Part shown: piece after piece, positions 36,562-49,803 of the stretch
How the letters are laid out: each line of letters begins with the position of its first letter
Position numbering within the stretch: position 1 is the stretch's first letter
NCBI GenBank assembly: GCA_000320545.1
Contig: ADNK01000741.1
Coordinates: 1-64,000, forward strand
Length of the DNA: 64,000 bases
Source: Bigelowiella natans CCMP2755
Lineage: Eukaryota > Protista > Cercozoa
Direction: 5' to 3'
The notes under the pieces: model-generated
What the model saw: the letters and a program-made list of their open reading frames with translations, nothing else
Database searches by the model: none
What the model was told of the DNA's origin: nothing
Made by a program: the position numbers and the translations under genes

Positions 36562-37506
36562 ATATTCGTGTGTAATATGTGTGCTTATAATACATGTGTG
36601 TGGATTGTGCTTGTACGACATAAATTAGGGCTTCTGCGAACAGTAGCATTGTCTGTATTTAGCCAAGTGTTGGGAGGTAAATTGCTGATTGGTTGATGAT
36701 GAACGAAGACTATAACTGTGTGAGTATGATAATATTGCTGCTTACACGTTGCTATATCTATGCATTTCAGACAAATATGCGATGCAGTTTATCATCGCCA
36801 GCACTGAGCGGATAGAAGCTGTGTGTGTGTGCCTGGCTAAAACGTTTGATATTCTGTGGCTTCTCCCTGGGGGGGTGGGTGGGCACAATGGCAGTAGTCA
36901 TCATCATCATCGACATAATAGCAGCCCATCTGCAATTGGACCGATCAAACGAATGGTAGTAGCACTCATATGTACTACCTTCTGCTTTCACCAACTCTAT
37001 GATAAATAAAACTGCAAGATATGGATTATGATAAGTAATAGCTAGGTATTATCTTTGTTTCTTCTGCTTGATGATGAACCCTCTGATGGTTACTCTGACT
37101 TTGCAGGCGTTTGCATGCTTATTGGATGCGTATGAAAGTATCACATCTGAGGCGTTGCCGCTCGATGTCATTGCATCTGTTCGAAAGCACGTTCCAAAAA
37201 CACTTGTGGTACATACACACATACATGAGTTGGAGATAGAAATGATCGTATTATCCTAATAATTCCAATCACTATGATATCAATCCATGTGCATCCATCA
37301 CTTGTCTAGAATAGCCAAGAGATATGAACTTGTGCTCATCGATGATGTGTGTCTTAAATATTATGGTTTTTTTGAAGGGTCAAAAGCTTCTCCTCGAGCT
37401 TCTGAAGATATACCCCGAAGAGGTAGAGAGGATCCATCGCTTGTGCGAACGTTTGGGACTATCTGTATTGCACAACGATGCACTTTTCGGGCCAGTCCAA
37501 ACATAA
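34721..37506 (+). CDS. Divergent CNOT9/Rcd1/Caf40 (CCR4-NOT subunit 9)-like protein; true start slightly upstream and unresolved
   Basis: In-phase spliced segments LRDNALKEIAN, WLAKELWQSNPNFIGYLEQQI, SHRVCNALTIFKMLATCPDIKKHF, FWSMKLSALVLIGTVLRHSD, LRTVALSVFSQVL, MQFIIASTERIEAVCVCLAK and SVRKHVPKTL. These are colinear with CNOT9 motifs as recalled: RENALLELSK, LAPMLWHS, SNRVCNALALLQCVASHP, FEYLRLTSLGVIGALVK, SKTVATFILQKIL, YICQTYERFSHV, ALRQCLPDQL. Confidence 0.8.
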
Positions 37507-38330
37507 GTTTGGGTCGCCATAAACTTTAGTCAGCATAGAATTACAAGCAGTTACTGAATATTTTAGAAAATTTGCATAGTACGGCAAACCGTCCGATTTT
37601 CTGTGTTATGCTTAATGCTATGTGATTGGTCCTACTGCCAGCCAGTTATTTCATCGAAGCATCTTGCTGCTTGTTGGCAGATATGCAGTCTGCTGTGTTT
37701 AGTTACTCTCGACTATAGTCTCGCATCGTGCTACATATGTTTATTTTGTCCACTCAAATACATGCACGGCGTGCTACGCCGTACGGGTGAATGCGTGCAG
37801 CTGGATGCGAGCAAATGTGTGCACACCCATCTAGCCATTATGAGCAAAGATGTAACTACACAATTGTCCATGTAGTTCGAATAATTGGTAGTTAATCCAT
37901 TACTTGCTGTAATAAAGAATAATATATAATTATATTATATATGCTATTACTATCTAGCTATGTCTATTATTATATAAGATACATGCATTTGGATGATGAT
38001 TGAACATTTTCGACACATTCAATGTGTTCATCTCATGCTAGCATGCTAGCTAGCATGCATCGCATCGTTGCTCATTTTAGTGATTTCATCGCTAATGTTA
38101 TATATCTCTTTTGTTACGTATGTCTATCATTAACATCTAGCTAAACATGCACGTGCAATGTCAATGACAATGAAACCATCAATGCATAGTATTATCCGGT
38201 GCCACAGCTAGCTAGACAGACGACTTATAATTTGGCGTTTATCACAATGGACTACGCATCTAGCAGCATGGATGCCATCGTCTTGCATGTGTTGGATGAA
38301 TCTAAGTGTTATTATTTCGACATATGATCG

Positions 38331-38369
<39 letters not shown>

Positions 38370-38634
38370 ACACATTGCAGTTGCATCCATTTACACTCCA
38401 CAATTAGTATTGAAAGCAGCATCGCGCTCGCCCGGTCGCCGTTGCTACAAAAATACAATCCAATCATACCGCTGCAGCGATTGAATCTTGCGCTTCTTCA
38501 TTCGTATCCCTCCATATTCACATCATGCTGTGGCCAATTCAATCTACACAAGGTCATCATGCAATTGGTGATGTAGATCAGAGCTCTAATTATGTAGCTG
38601 CCGTACCTGTGCGACGCCAACATGAAACCAGCAT

Positions 38635-38852
38635 CTATATACTTGAGGCTTTAAGTCCTGCTACGTCGAGTATTGCCTCACGTGTAGGCATGCTGGGCTG
38701 TGCTCCTTTTACCTACACGCACAATCATCTCTCTCATAATGAGTAAACTGCAAATTTTGTAGCGATATTGTAATGATCTCAAGAAAGTGCTACGATAATA
38801 ATGCTGGACATATGACAAGAAGTTCAGTGAGAGGATGTTTATGTGTGTATGT

Positions 38853-38891
<39 letters not shown>

Positions 38892-39806
38892 TTTTGCTTT
38901 GGCTATTTGTAAATGCAAGATTTCCAACGTCATTAATAATCTACCTGTATGCAGAGCGATGCCGCTGCTGCAGCAAAGCTTTTGGCAAACATCAACGGAA
39001 ATGGATAAGTTTTGTATCAATGGGCTTTAGGCGATGATGGATAAACACAATGGTCAAGGGGGACAACTAATGCTGAACGACGACGAGGACGATAATGACA
39101 ATAAGAAGAACAAATAGAAGAGAAAATCTGGATGGTGAACCATACATACAACTCACCGTAATGCAGCTTTGTCATCCTTTCCTTCTGCTCTTGCCACAGC
39201 GAAGGCCCCCCGAAAGCAGTCCCCAGCTCCTACGTGAGGTAGCAGCGATGATTGTACAAGTTTTTGCATAAGCGTGAACGTCAAATAACATCTACTACAA
39301 AAAGTAATCCAGAAGCTAATGATACGAACGAAGGAGGGGAAGGAGGAAAAAGAAGGGAAGAGTCGAAAGTAGACCTGTAGTGTCCACTATTTTCTCTTTA
39401 TCCACTTCCAATACTTCCTGCTCAATCTGACCCTAAATATGACAACAATGGATTACAATGATGATGATGGCGATGATGGTTGCGATTATGTGGCTGGTAT
39501 TATATAATAGAGCGTGTAATGCTCTCCAATAATGAGAAAAATATTGACGGTTTTTTGTTAATGGAAATAGTCATTAACGGAAAGCTTGTTGATGATTGTA
39601 TTGGATCTCAGTAATTACTCTTGAACACTACAGGTATTGCTATTTGTTGCTGTTGTTATTGCCTTAGGAGAAATAAGGATCGCACCATCTTTACCCAGGG
39701 TTACAAGAATTTCCTTACAGCCTATATTAATAAGTACAAACTCACTTGTGAGAGGGCTAGCTTCCTCGTTCTCTTTTACAATCATATCGACTTACCCACA
39801 CCATAA

Positions 39807-39896
<90 letters not shown>

Positions 39897-40457
39897 TATC
39901 AACATACACCGAAAAGAAAATCACAGTTAAACTATACTAATATTGCTGCTGGTGCTGCCACAACCTTAATTAGTATACCTTTCTCTAGTAGCAACTTCGC
40001 TGCATCGATGCACTGACGACCGTGCACATATAAGCATGCATTATTCTTAGCAGAAGATTTGTTCATTACTACATTTACTTATACTATAGCTACCTGTCCT
40101 TTCGTGTCCGTTTTCATTCCTCCAGTAAGACGCGCCAACTCTGTTTCATTTAGGCTGACCAGGCTCACGCTAGAGAGTAGCTTGGAATAGTGGGGGGACA
40201 TTAGCAAGGGATATGTGAGAAGTTCAGAAAAATAAATCTATACGAGAAGAATTTTCTTGGAACTTTCTATGGACAGGAAAATTCATTCATAATACTAAAT
40301 CGATTTTTGGTTTTTCTTTGACGTGTTGAATGTGGTTGTGGCTCCTTGCCGCTGTGCCAACAGGATTCACCTCATCAGATAGTTCTCGCTCCTCCCCCCC
40401 AACATCCATCATCACTGGCACCTTCGTCTCCTTTGCACATCTATCAAATTTCATTAT

Positions 40458-40502
<45 letters not shown>

Positions 40503-41293
40503 AGAGGGAGACGGCTACGATGACGACGACGACAACGATGAAGACAACAACGAATGACAGCAATTACTTTGCTACAGCTAAATTGATTCTGTCTGGTATT
40601 TCCTGCTGAAGAAGAACAGTAGCCTGGTGATGAAGAAGAAGGGAAAGGAATAATAAATCGACAGAAACACAGGCAGCGAAAAACTACTCCTTACGTTAGA
40701 CAGAGATGTGTAGTACTCATCATAATACCGCTGATTGAATTGCAGTGACTAGCTTTGTCGGGAGTTTGTCTGGCCAGCTGTTATTCGCACCTCCGATGAT
40801 AATGATAGAGTTCTCCCCTCCCTTAAAGTAATGCAAAAACGGATATCCAAATTTTCGTAGATATGTGTAAGAGCGAGTGTTCTAACTAAATTGCAAGGTT
40901 GCTAGATTGCTTGTTGCTCGTCATATACAATGCGCACCTTTTCTAGGAATATAATTGCCTGTCCACTCGGAACCTATAGAGTCGACACAGTGGGTGTGTT
41001 TTTGATGCCAAGTTGATCGCATACACGTATTATTCGTCATTTTCACGCGTCGTCAGACGGCTGCAGCAGCTTAACACTGTAAACGGGAAGTCACTTACCC
41101 ACTGACTCAGTCATTCACTAACTTAGTAGCAACACCATAATAACTACTCATCACACGTACGTCAGCTTCAAGGCAAAGTTTTGTGTCAACATTGTTCTTT
41201 TCAAGGGACACCGAAAGAGCGCGAGCGTGTCTATTCGATCATTGTAATAATATAGTCATAAAACAATATATTTGTATCTGAAATATGAACGAG

Positions 41294-41349
<56 letters not shown>

Positions 41350-42022
41350 GATTTATTCGTGGATTTATTCCATTATGGGCATCATAGCGAAAAAGCTATC
41401 GTCGGAACTCTCCAACCACAAGTTGTTTTTCCTTAAGATACCATATCCCCTCTAAAAAATCTAGTATGAAATATATTATGATGATCCTAAATGCTGCATC
41501 GGACCCATCATTGCCAAATACGGTTGCAAGTTGTGCAAACGACGACTTTGGGGAACTTGCTTTTGCCACCGCTATCACCAATACAACGAGATGTATGCAT
41601 GTAGCAAAAATAGAATCCGAACACAAACACATCCGACAACAAATCAAATCAAATCAAATCTGGGTGTGGAGATGCTTTAAACAAACTCATTTTACGTATG
41701 GGCTACTTCATAGATAAATGAGGCCGACCTGTTGCCTGATTGGCACCCTTCCCTCCAGGTACCATAAAGCCAGTCTTATCGCTCCTTGCAGCTATCGTTT
41801 CTCCACGCTTTCGGAGTAGGAAATGTATCAAAATACGATACATTTTACGTTTACACCGTTGATTGAAAAATGACCCTCCCATTTTATTTTTTAATTTGCC
41901 ACGATCATCTTTCCTATGCATCTCGGTGGCTACACCTTAGGGAGTCGGTCAATCTCAACGATAATGTCAGCGTTAAGCGAGCCCACGACTAGAATCGAAT
42001 TGGGCACACATGCCTCACTCAT
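38635..42022 (-). CDS. RBKS: Ribokinase (PfkB family), multi-exon
   Basis: ILVVGSLNADIIVEIDRLPK, RGET, PGGKGANQA, VFGND, PSGQAIIF, GENSIIIIGGANN, SPNETELARL, VLVTLGKDGAI, GAGDCFRGAFAVA and GAQPSMPTRE appear in order across spliced exons. ATG at 42022, TAG at 38635-38637. Confidence 0.93.
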
Positions 42023-42113
42023 GGTGTTCTGGTGAGTGTTCAGCCCGTAGCAACTCAACAAATTTAATCTACACACGGGGGGGCAGCTCGGCTGCCCGTC
42101 GACAATTTTTTGT

Positions 42114-42270
<157 letters not shown>

Positions 42271-42429
42271 TCGTTGTTGTTGTTGTGCGTGTTGTTGTTT
42301 TTTTGGTGGTTGTGTGAAGTTGCATTCTTGACTTCCTAGCCAAGTGCAGTCAACGGTTGAGACAACAAGTCAAAAATTTTGGTATGTTCTGCCATACAAT
42401 TTTTGACTTTCGCAATATCCGTTATGAGA

Positions 42430-42705
42430 CAACATCCACTATGAAAATCACTTCGGTGTAACAACATAGCTGGGAAGTCAAGGGCGCGAACAGAATGACT
42501 AACTAACTAACTAACTAACATCGGTGAAAAAACACAGCTGGGAACCAACTGTGCAAATCACTTGGGAAGTCAAGGATGTGACTGGAATGACTGAACTAAC
42601 TGACCAACTTCGGTGAATGAACGCATCCACTGTGAGAATCAGGTGAGAAGTCCTGGAAGTCATGTCAAGGATGCGAATGGAACCAACTGACTGACCAACC
42701 AACAG
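42430..42705 (+). repeat. Tandem degenerate copies of a ~60-70 bp repeat (AAATCACTTCGGTGAAAAAACATAGCTGGGAAGTCA...CAGAATAACTAA)
   Basis: Three to four partial copies here, one at ~43176-43230, and two at 47704-47810. Confidence 0.85.
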
Positions 42706-43950
42706 CCCATTGCTAACAGCTGGTGCTCACTTGAGTGTTGTGAGAATTCAATTGTTCTCCAGCATCAGAGCAGCTCTCGGCCCTGCATCTCCTGCTTGCT
42801 CTTCATTTTTTGATGTCCCTGACTCTGTCAAGACCAGAGTCTTGCTCGGCGCCCCCCTCGGTTGTCCCTGACGTTGATCTTCGTGTGGACGTGGCTGTCA
42901 GGAAGTTCCTGCTCAGGATGGATGCTTTGCGTCTTCGTCACTTGGCTGCCAGTTGTGATGCATTCAACATTTGGTTCGTGCCAATTTGCACGAACCCCAC
43001 TGGTTTGCAGTCAGTCCTCACTGAAGCCAGTTCGAGGCACTGCACTTCGCACGTTGCAGGTCTTGTCACACTTTGGAAGTGCAGTTTTTCATCATTTTTC
43101 ATTGTTCATTGTTCATTGTTCATTCCTGGAACAACGAACAACGAACGTGACGATGAACTGCATTCCAAAACGTGGACAGTCAAGGGTGCGACCAGAACAA
43201 CCAACTGACCAACCTGGCAACCAACCAACGATTGCCTGTTCGTGCACTCAGCGCAGTCTGACAAAGTTCTGGCAGTCCTGGAGTCCAGCATCATCAAGCT
43301 CAAGTGAGCGAGTGAACGATGAGCAATTTCAGTGCTGGAGTCAATGATGGAAAGGATCATCGGACGTGCCAATTTGGGTCGCAGGCACGCTGGCACGCCA
43401 CCACACACGTTGGGAGGGAACGCGCTTGCTGCCGGCAGTCGTCCGATTGTGATTGTCCTTCGACAGACAACTCTGGGTTGTTGCTCATGCTAGCATGCAC
43501 GATGTGCATGTGACCTGGACGTGTGGGAAGCTGCTGGCTAGCTGCTAGGCTGGTTGCCGTTCGATGCCGCTTGTTTCAAATCGACACGTCTAGACGTGCA
43601 AGCTGGCGTGCGCACGTGTCAATGTCAATCGATCGAAACTGAGATGGCACTGCAGGAAAAGCCAACGCGCGCATGGAACCTTCATGCAGGTGACGCCCTT
43701 GCCACTCTGGTCACAAGTGCCAGAATCTAGAGAATGCTGCTCGGTGACAGTCGCCTTGTTGGTGCACTCGAAGCATAATGTGCATGCTAGCATGGCAACA
43801 CTTGACAGTTTTGTGCGTGCCAAGAATGTGCGATCAATTTGAAAGTAGAAGTCTAGGAGTGTGCATGCAGTGCGAAATGTGCCGTGAACATGCTAGCATG
43901 TCTGTGTGAGCATGAGTCTTGTCGCCACGACATCTTCGAGTGCGTGTGTT
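42520..43950. mobile_element. Degenerate repeat/TE relic; TpA-depleted island 2
   Basis: 42716-43775 has only 5 TA, all in CTAG, and none in the first ~775 bp. It shares ~150 bp with island 1. Confidence 0.75.
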
Positions 43951-44085
43951 TTCTAACAGACACACACGTACATGTCAGATGCCATCTCTATTTAGTGTTG
44001 CAGCTGTAAGCATCATGTGCCACGCACTCAGATTCGATGTTGGGTGATGCCAATCAGTATAGATGCCTTTAGTAAGCATCGGTCA

Positions 44086-44527
44086 TCAGAGTTCCATCCC
44101 CTCTTGCTTCTGATCATTCTGGATGTTCCTATTTCTATCTCCTTCACCTCCATCAATCGCAGATACACCTGTTATCTTCTCTTCTGCAGTAGCATCATCA
44201 TCCTCACTATTTTTATCTATTACACTTGTGGAATTCATCGTTGGCGTGGTGCTTTGTGCCATCTCGCGGATATGAGATACCTAAAATCATTGGATAATAG
44301 TAGTACTTGTTTTAGAGGAGATAACTAATGATCTCAAAAGATAACATCCCATTCCTGTCCCAGTTTATACCGTAACAAATTCCTCAACACCAGATTCGTC
44401 AAAACGGACCTTGTAGCATTTTAAGACATAATACTCATCATTTAAATTCGGGAATGCTTTTCAATGTTTAAAATGGTGCCAAATTGCGGATACAGGCAAA
44501 CACGCAAATACACAACACAGACACGGA

Positions 44528-44559
<32 letters not shown>

Positions 44560-46555
44560 TACTTTGTATCGCCTTGGAAGTGATGTAGCTAATCCAGTCA
44601 CTACTCCTGCCCGCCTTATATATTATAGATAGAAATGAACTCAGAAGATGAGAGGAACTCAACGAATAAAAAGGAGTGAGAATTGAAGATGTATCATATA
44701 AATTGGCACACCCACCATTGGCGGTCTGCGGATGCAAAAGCCATGCCTAAGGGGAGGAGGAAGAAAAAGAGAATTGAATTTAAGCAAGACGGCAAGAGTA
44801 AAAAGCAAAAATACGAAGTTTTTTTCCAAGATAAAATGAGCTTTTTCCCCATATACTAGACAAAGACAGGTTTGCTGGGGAGGAGGAAGCCGAGAAAAAT
44901 GTAAGCAGATGAGAATGAGAAGGTGTTAGACGTACAAGGTGCTCCTGGTCCAAGGTTTGGTCCAACTTCGTGCTCTCTCTCCGCAATTGCAACAGCAGCG
45001 TCACCCGATACCTGCGTAGAAGAACGATACTGCTTTATAAGACATCCTGGTAATTGTCAGTCTGTGATTCACGTGATGGCTGTCGCTGGATGTGAAAAAA
45101 AGAACCCTTTTAACTCTTGGCCTGCTCTATAGAATCTTGCTTCAAATAACCATCACTACTACGTATCAATTACCGTTTTCGCGAAAGTTGCCCTAGTACG
45201 CCTCCCACCCGTGTTTTTCCTATCAGATCGAGTCTGGTGATGATTGAATCAGCAATTATTGAAAGCGAGCGGCAGTATCATCATTCAATGTACCTTCATA
45301 CGCTGAATTTGGCGTCTAAAGCTGTTGAATGTGCGGTTGGAAAGACGGAGATCTGACATGTCGCCTGCGCTGTTATACTTAGGAGAGGGCATGGTGATAT
45401 GAAAAATTAGCTTTTTAGAGGTTGTTTAAATCCCAAAAAAGATATGTTTTCGATTCGAACATTTCACGATTATCTTCCATGCCACAAATGCGTGAAGGAA
45501 GGAGTGGCGTTCGAATGATGGTGGTTGATGTAATAGAGAGAACAGGTATTATTAACTTTTCTAAAGCATAAATGCGTTCATTATTTACTAGTGTTAGTGG
45601 ATGTTGCAAACTCTTTTTTAAAAATATTACATCGTTCTCAAACTCAAGGTTCATGAGTTTCTCGGCGTTGCTCTCGCCACTCGCCTCTGCGTCGTGCTTC
45701 GTCACCATTTCGCGGACCTGCTGCTCTAGCAGCGTACCTCCTCCTACCGCCGATTTATCGTTGCTACTCGATGTGTGTGTAGGACGACGATATGAGGAAC
45801 CAGAATCTTCCCACTCAGCTTCATACTCCGCTAACCTCTCGCGCATTGCTCGTCTCTGCTCCCTTTAAAAAAAGATAGTTCACGTTTCGCAGAAACCAAC
45901 AAACTATTCAAGGAAATACTGAATCATCAAGAAGAATCGGATAAATGACATTGAGAAGAAAAGTGATTAGCATGGTTTTTTTACCGGTGGTATCGAGCCA
46001 AATTTGCATCTTTCGAAACCGATATCTTAGAGAATGGGCGATGCAATTGCCGCGCCTATACAATCCAGATTATAGTGGGGAAAATGTAAAGGACTCAAAA
46101 TTTATTCAAGGTTGATTCGTCGATGCTCACAATTCCTAGATAAAAAGATAGGACAAAAGCATACCTCTTCAAGAGACAGCTCGGTATTCTCCGTCGCTGC
46201 CAGCTGTAATGCAATTGCGTGATCTTGGGCATCTTGCTCCTAGTACGGTAAAAAAATGTAATTTACTACATTAAACTGTAAATTAATACACTTATAATAC
46301 CTACATTTGACACACACGCTAATCTGCTCATAGCAACCAACCTCAATTGATAGACGCTCCGAGTTGTTATTTTGAGTATCAGCTGAGGGAAAAGCCAGGA
46401 GGTATTCAACAATCAAAATTGATTCGTATATGATAGCATTTGTTCTACAGCTATTTTCTTAGCGAATTTTTCCCAACAATATCACACGGTACACATATTA
46501 GCGGTCTCCTACATGCACGCGCACAAACACAAATATTAAAATGTAATTACATATA

Positions 46556-46606
<51 letters not shown>

Positions 46607-47259
46607 ATGTTTATATATAATTTAATATTTGTGTGTGTGTGCGTGTGTGTTTGTGTTTGTGTGCGTGTGTGTTTGTGTGCGTGTGTGTTTGTGTTTGTGT
46701 GTGTTTGTGTGTGCTGCTGAGTGGATTTATGTTACCATGATCTTCCTCATCATCATCCTGTACAGCCTCATCAGCCGGATTCGCCAAAAGCCACTCCAAT
46801 GCGGATTCTGTCCTCCTGTTACTTTAGTCAATTCTAAGATTCAGATGGTCAGCTGTTCGCCGCACGATGAGGCTAGACAACTCCCACTTTCAAGCTATCA
46901 AGCTACCACGTGGATTGATGAAATAACTTGTATAAAAATAACTCATATGCACTCACAGGCAGACGCAAATACCCAGTAGCCAAGGCTGCAGTATTAATTC
47001 GGGTCGATGAGAAGCCCATTGCCTTCAGTTCCTGCATAATGTGCGGGCTAGCAGTGGCTGGAGAAGTGTTCTTAGGATTTCCATCCCCACCTTTCTGTAT
47101 CTCAGTGGCCAGCTGTACAATATAGCATGGTTACATGAGCTAAATAATCACTTAATCCAATGTGCTCAATAACACCTGCTCTGACATAATGTTGAGAAGA
47201 CTGACATTTTGTTTTGGGGCGATTGCTCCCCACGCACGGCGGCCAGGACTCTTCGCCAT
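44086..47259 (-). CDS. Protein with RIOK3-like N-terminal motifs, a UBA domain and a C-terminal Tudor domain; no kinase domain
   Basis: Spliced MAKSPGRRAWGAIAPKQNVSLLNIMSEQLATEIQ; UBA IMQELKAMGFSSTRINTAALATG...TESALEWLL; DHAIALQL; VTKHDAEASGESNAEKLMN...AGDMSDLRLSNRTFNSFR; Tudor LGPGAPCMAFASADRQWRAGVVTGLATSLPRRYKVRFDESGVEEFVTVSHIR. TGA at 44086-44088. Confidence 0.8.
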
Positions 47260-47703
47260 TTTGTCACCCTAGGATACTGAAGAAATTCTTAAAGAATAAT
47301 CTACCATTGATGTTAAACTTTTAAGGAAGGTGAACTCAAACCTTTGAGCTTTGTGAAGATGTGCTAAATAAGATCATCGTGGAGCAGAATTGTAATAAAT
47401 ATATCTCAAAAAGGATTTAAAAAAAAAGGTTTTCCACACACGTCTTTGTAAATAATAGTAGTATAATTATACGTACACGAAATCAATCTGTCAACAAATT
47501 ATCCATTTAAAGCTGATTTTCTTTATTCGAAAGATCGTTCGAGGAACTCTCGTAGCTTCCCAGAAAATCCTGGAATTTTCCATATTTTGTGTTGTTGTTT
47601 TACCTGTAAATGAGATTGTTGTTGCATATGTTGTTTGATCTATTCATCATTGCATGCAAGGTATCCTGGCTATCATCTAGAGATCTATAACGAGAGAGAA
47701 AGA

Positions 47704-47810
47704 ACTTCGGTGAAAAAACATAGCTGGGAAGTCAGGGAAGCGAACAGAATAACTAAGAACTATAAGAAGAGAGAACGAAATCACTTCGGTGAAAAAACAT
47801 AGCTGGGAAG
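47704..47810 (+). repeat. Two TA-retaining copies of the 42.4-42.7 kb repeat
   Basis: ACTTCGGTGAAAAAACATAGCTGGGAAG occurs twice, in ordinary intergenic DNA. Confidence 0.9.
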
Positions 47811-48027
47811 AAGTCACTCCAGGAGATCACCATCATCATCGTTAATCATTTGTTGGTAAAAAAACTAGCCTCTGATGTTCTAGTATGATAAATTTGATCT
47901 TGATGATGATAGTGATTACAGACTGTAGCTCGCTGAGGATCAATCGAGACTACAGACAACAAATGCTATAAATTTATACGACATATTTCGAAGGATTTCT
48001 ACCTATTATTTTCCTCACAATTAAGAA

Positions 48028-49767
48028 ATGGTGCGCAGGCCTCTGGCCCCAGCCCTGCGCAGGCTTTCCAGCCGAAGGACACCGTCCGTACGAGCCGTAC
48101 ATCTTGCCTTCACACTCGTTGCTGTCGCTGCGATGGGGCTACTTTCAGACGGGCTGCCATCACGCCTGAACAATGCCATCCCGGGACGGAACACAAAAGC
48201 AGATGAGGTGATCATTTAGGTTATTTCTTCTGATGTTATCTTTTTTTGAAAAAGAATTCGCTTCCCTCCTCCTCTCCTAGACCCACCCTACTCAATTTCC
48301 CCCTCTTTGCTGTCCATTAATTAAAGCAGCAACCGGCAGCATCATCACCAGCATCATCACCAGCATCATCACCATCACCATCATCCCATTGGGCGCTGTT
48401 TATTGGCTCTCTCTCAAAATCGGTTACGGAGAAAGACATGCGGGCGCTGTGTGAGCGCTACGGGAAAATCAAAAGTCTCTCCATCGTGGAGGGGCCGCCG
48501 AATAAGAATAATATCGCATTCGTAAACTTTTACGACAAGGGGTACTAGCAAACGCAACAGCACAAAACACATTATGACATTGATCAATTCGTCACTGTTA
48601 TGTGCTATGCACACAGGGAAGCATGCGACGCTCAAATCGGTCTTGAGGGAGCGAGGTTTAGAGGAAGTTACCTACGCACGCGGGCTCCGAAATATTGCAA
48701 TTGCCTCAAGCCATCATTGTCATCTGATAGCAGCACAGCCAACACTACTACGAGGCCTGATTCTGCTGCTGCTGATAATGATGGCAGTGTTTCCAATAAG
48801 CATGATGCAAAGAGAGGGGGTCATGCTCTTAGTGCTGAAAGCATTCTGCGTGGTGTTAGCGGTGGAAACAACAGCTATGACGAGAAAATGCAGGCATCCA
48901 ACTACCATGCGATATTGGAAGAAGAGGTAGGAAGAGTAATTATAAGACAGGGGAAAATGGGAATATATGGAGAGATTTGCATAGGATAAGTGTTATTACA
49001 AGACAGGGAAAAGTGGGAATATATGGAGAGATAAGCATATAATAAGTGTTGTCTGAAAGTTGTCACGAGGATGCACTACATAGCCTGTTTTCTTACACTC
49101 CTTCAGCGTAAAAAATGGCGACTGAAGATGCGGGAAGTGGAAATACGAGTTCAGAACGCAGAGCGGGCAAAAGATGAAGCACGGCTTGAGCTAGAGGCGC
49201 TCCATTTAAGGTAGTGGGGGTGGTGTCACATGCCCCGTCTTTCTTCTAATTATTGAATAAGGAAAGCAAAGAGATTAGGACACATGATGCGTGTACATAA
49301 TAATATGTTGTGGATAGAATGACCGACATAATGCCATAATGCGTGTACCTAACATTTTGTCGATAGTATGACCGACCCGCGCATAGGAGGCGGTGAAATC
49401 GAAGACGATGAGATTCAAAATAGGTAGTCATTAAAGGATAAACGACGAAAAAAAGAATAAGGGGAACAAGAAGGGGGCTGCAGAAAGTAGAAGAAGAAAG
49501 ATGAAAGTGCTGAGTGAATGATGAAGATGAAATTCTCCGTAGAATCACGAGTCTTCAATATCTTAACTGCTTTTATGGGGGTCCACACCCAGGGTTTACA
49601 GAAGGATGATGCGACAATATTGATAGACATGCCTTGGGGAATAATAATAATAATAATAATAACAAGAAGAAGAAGAAGAAACAAAAAGATAGACAGATCT
49701 TTTTGCCATATATAACTCAAGAATGAATTTCTGTGGTTTCTTAAATTGATACAGCTGTCTTTGTCTG

Positions 49768-49803
<36 letters not shown>

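Noticed and set aside
42430-42705. CRISPR-like repeat-spacer array
   Set aside because: Eukaryotic context, degenerate and irregularly spaced units, repetitive spacers, and no cas genes.
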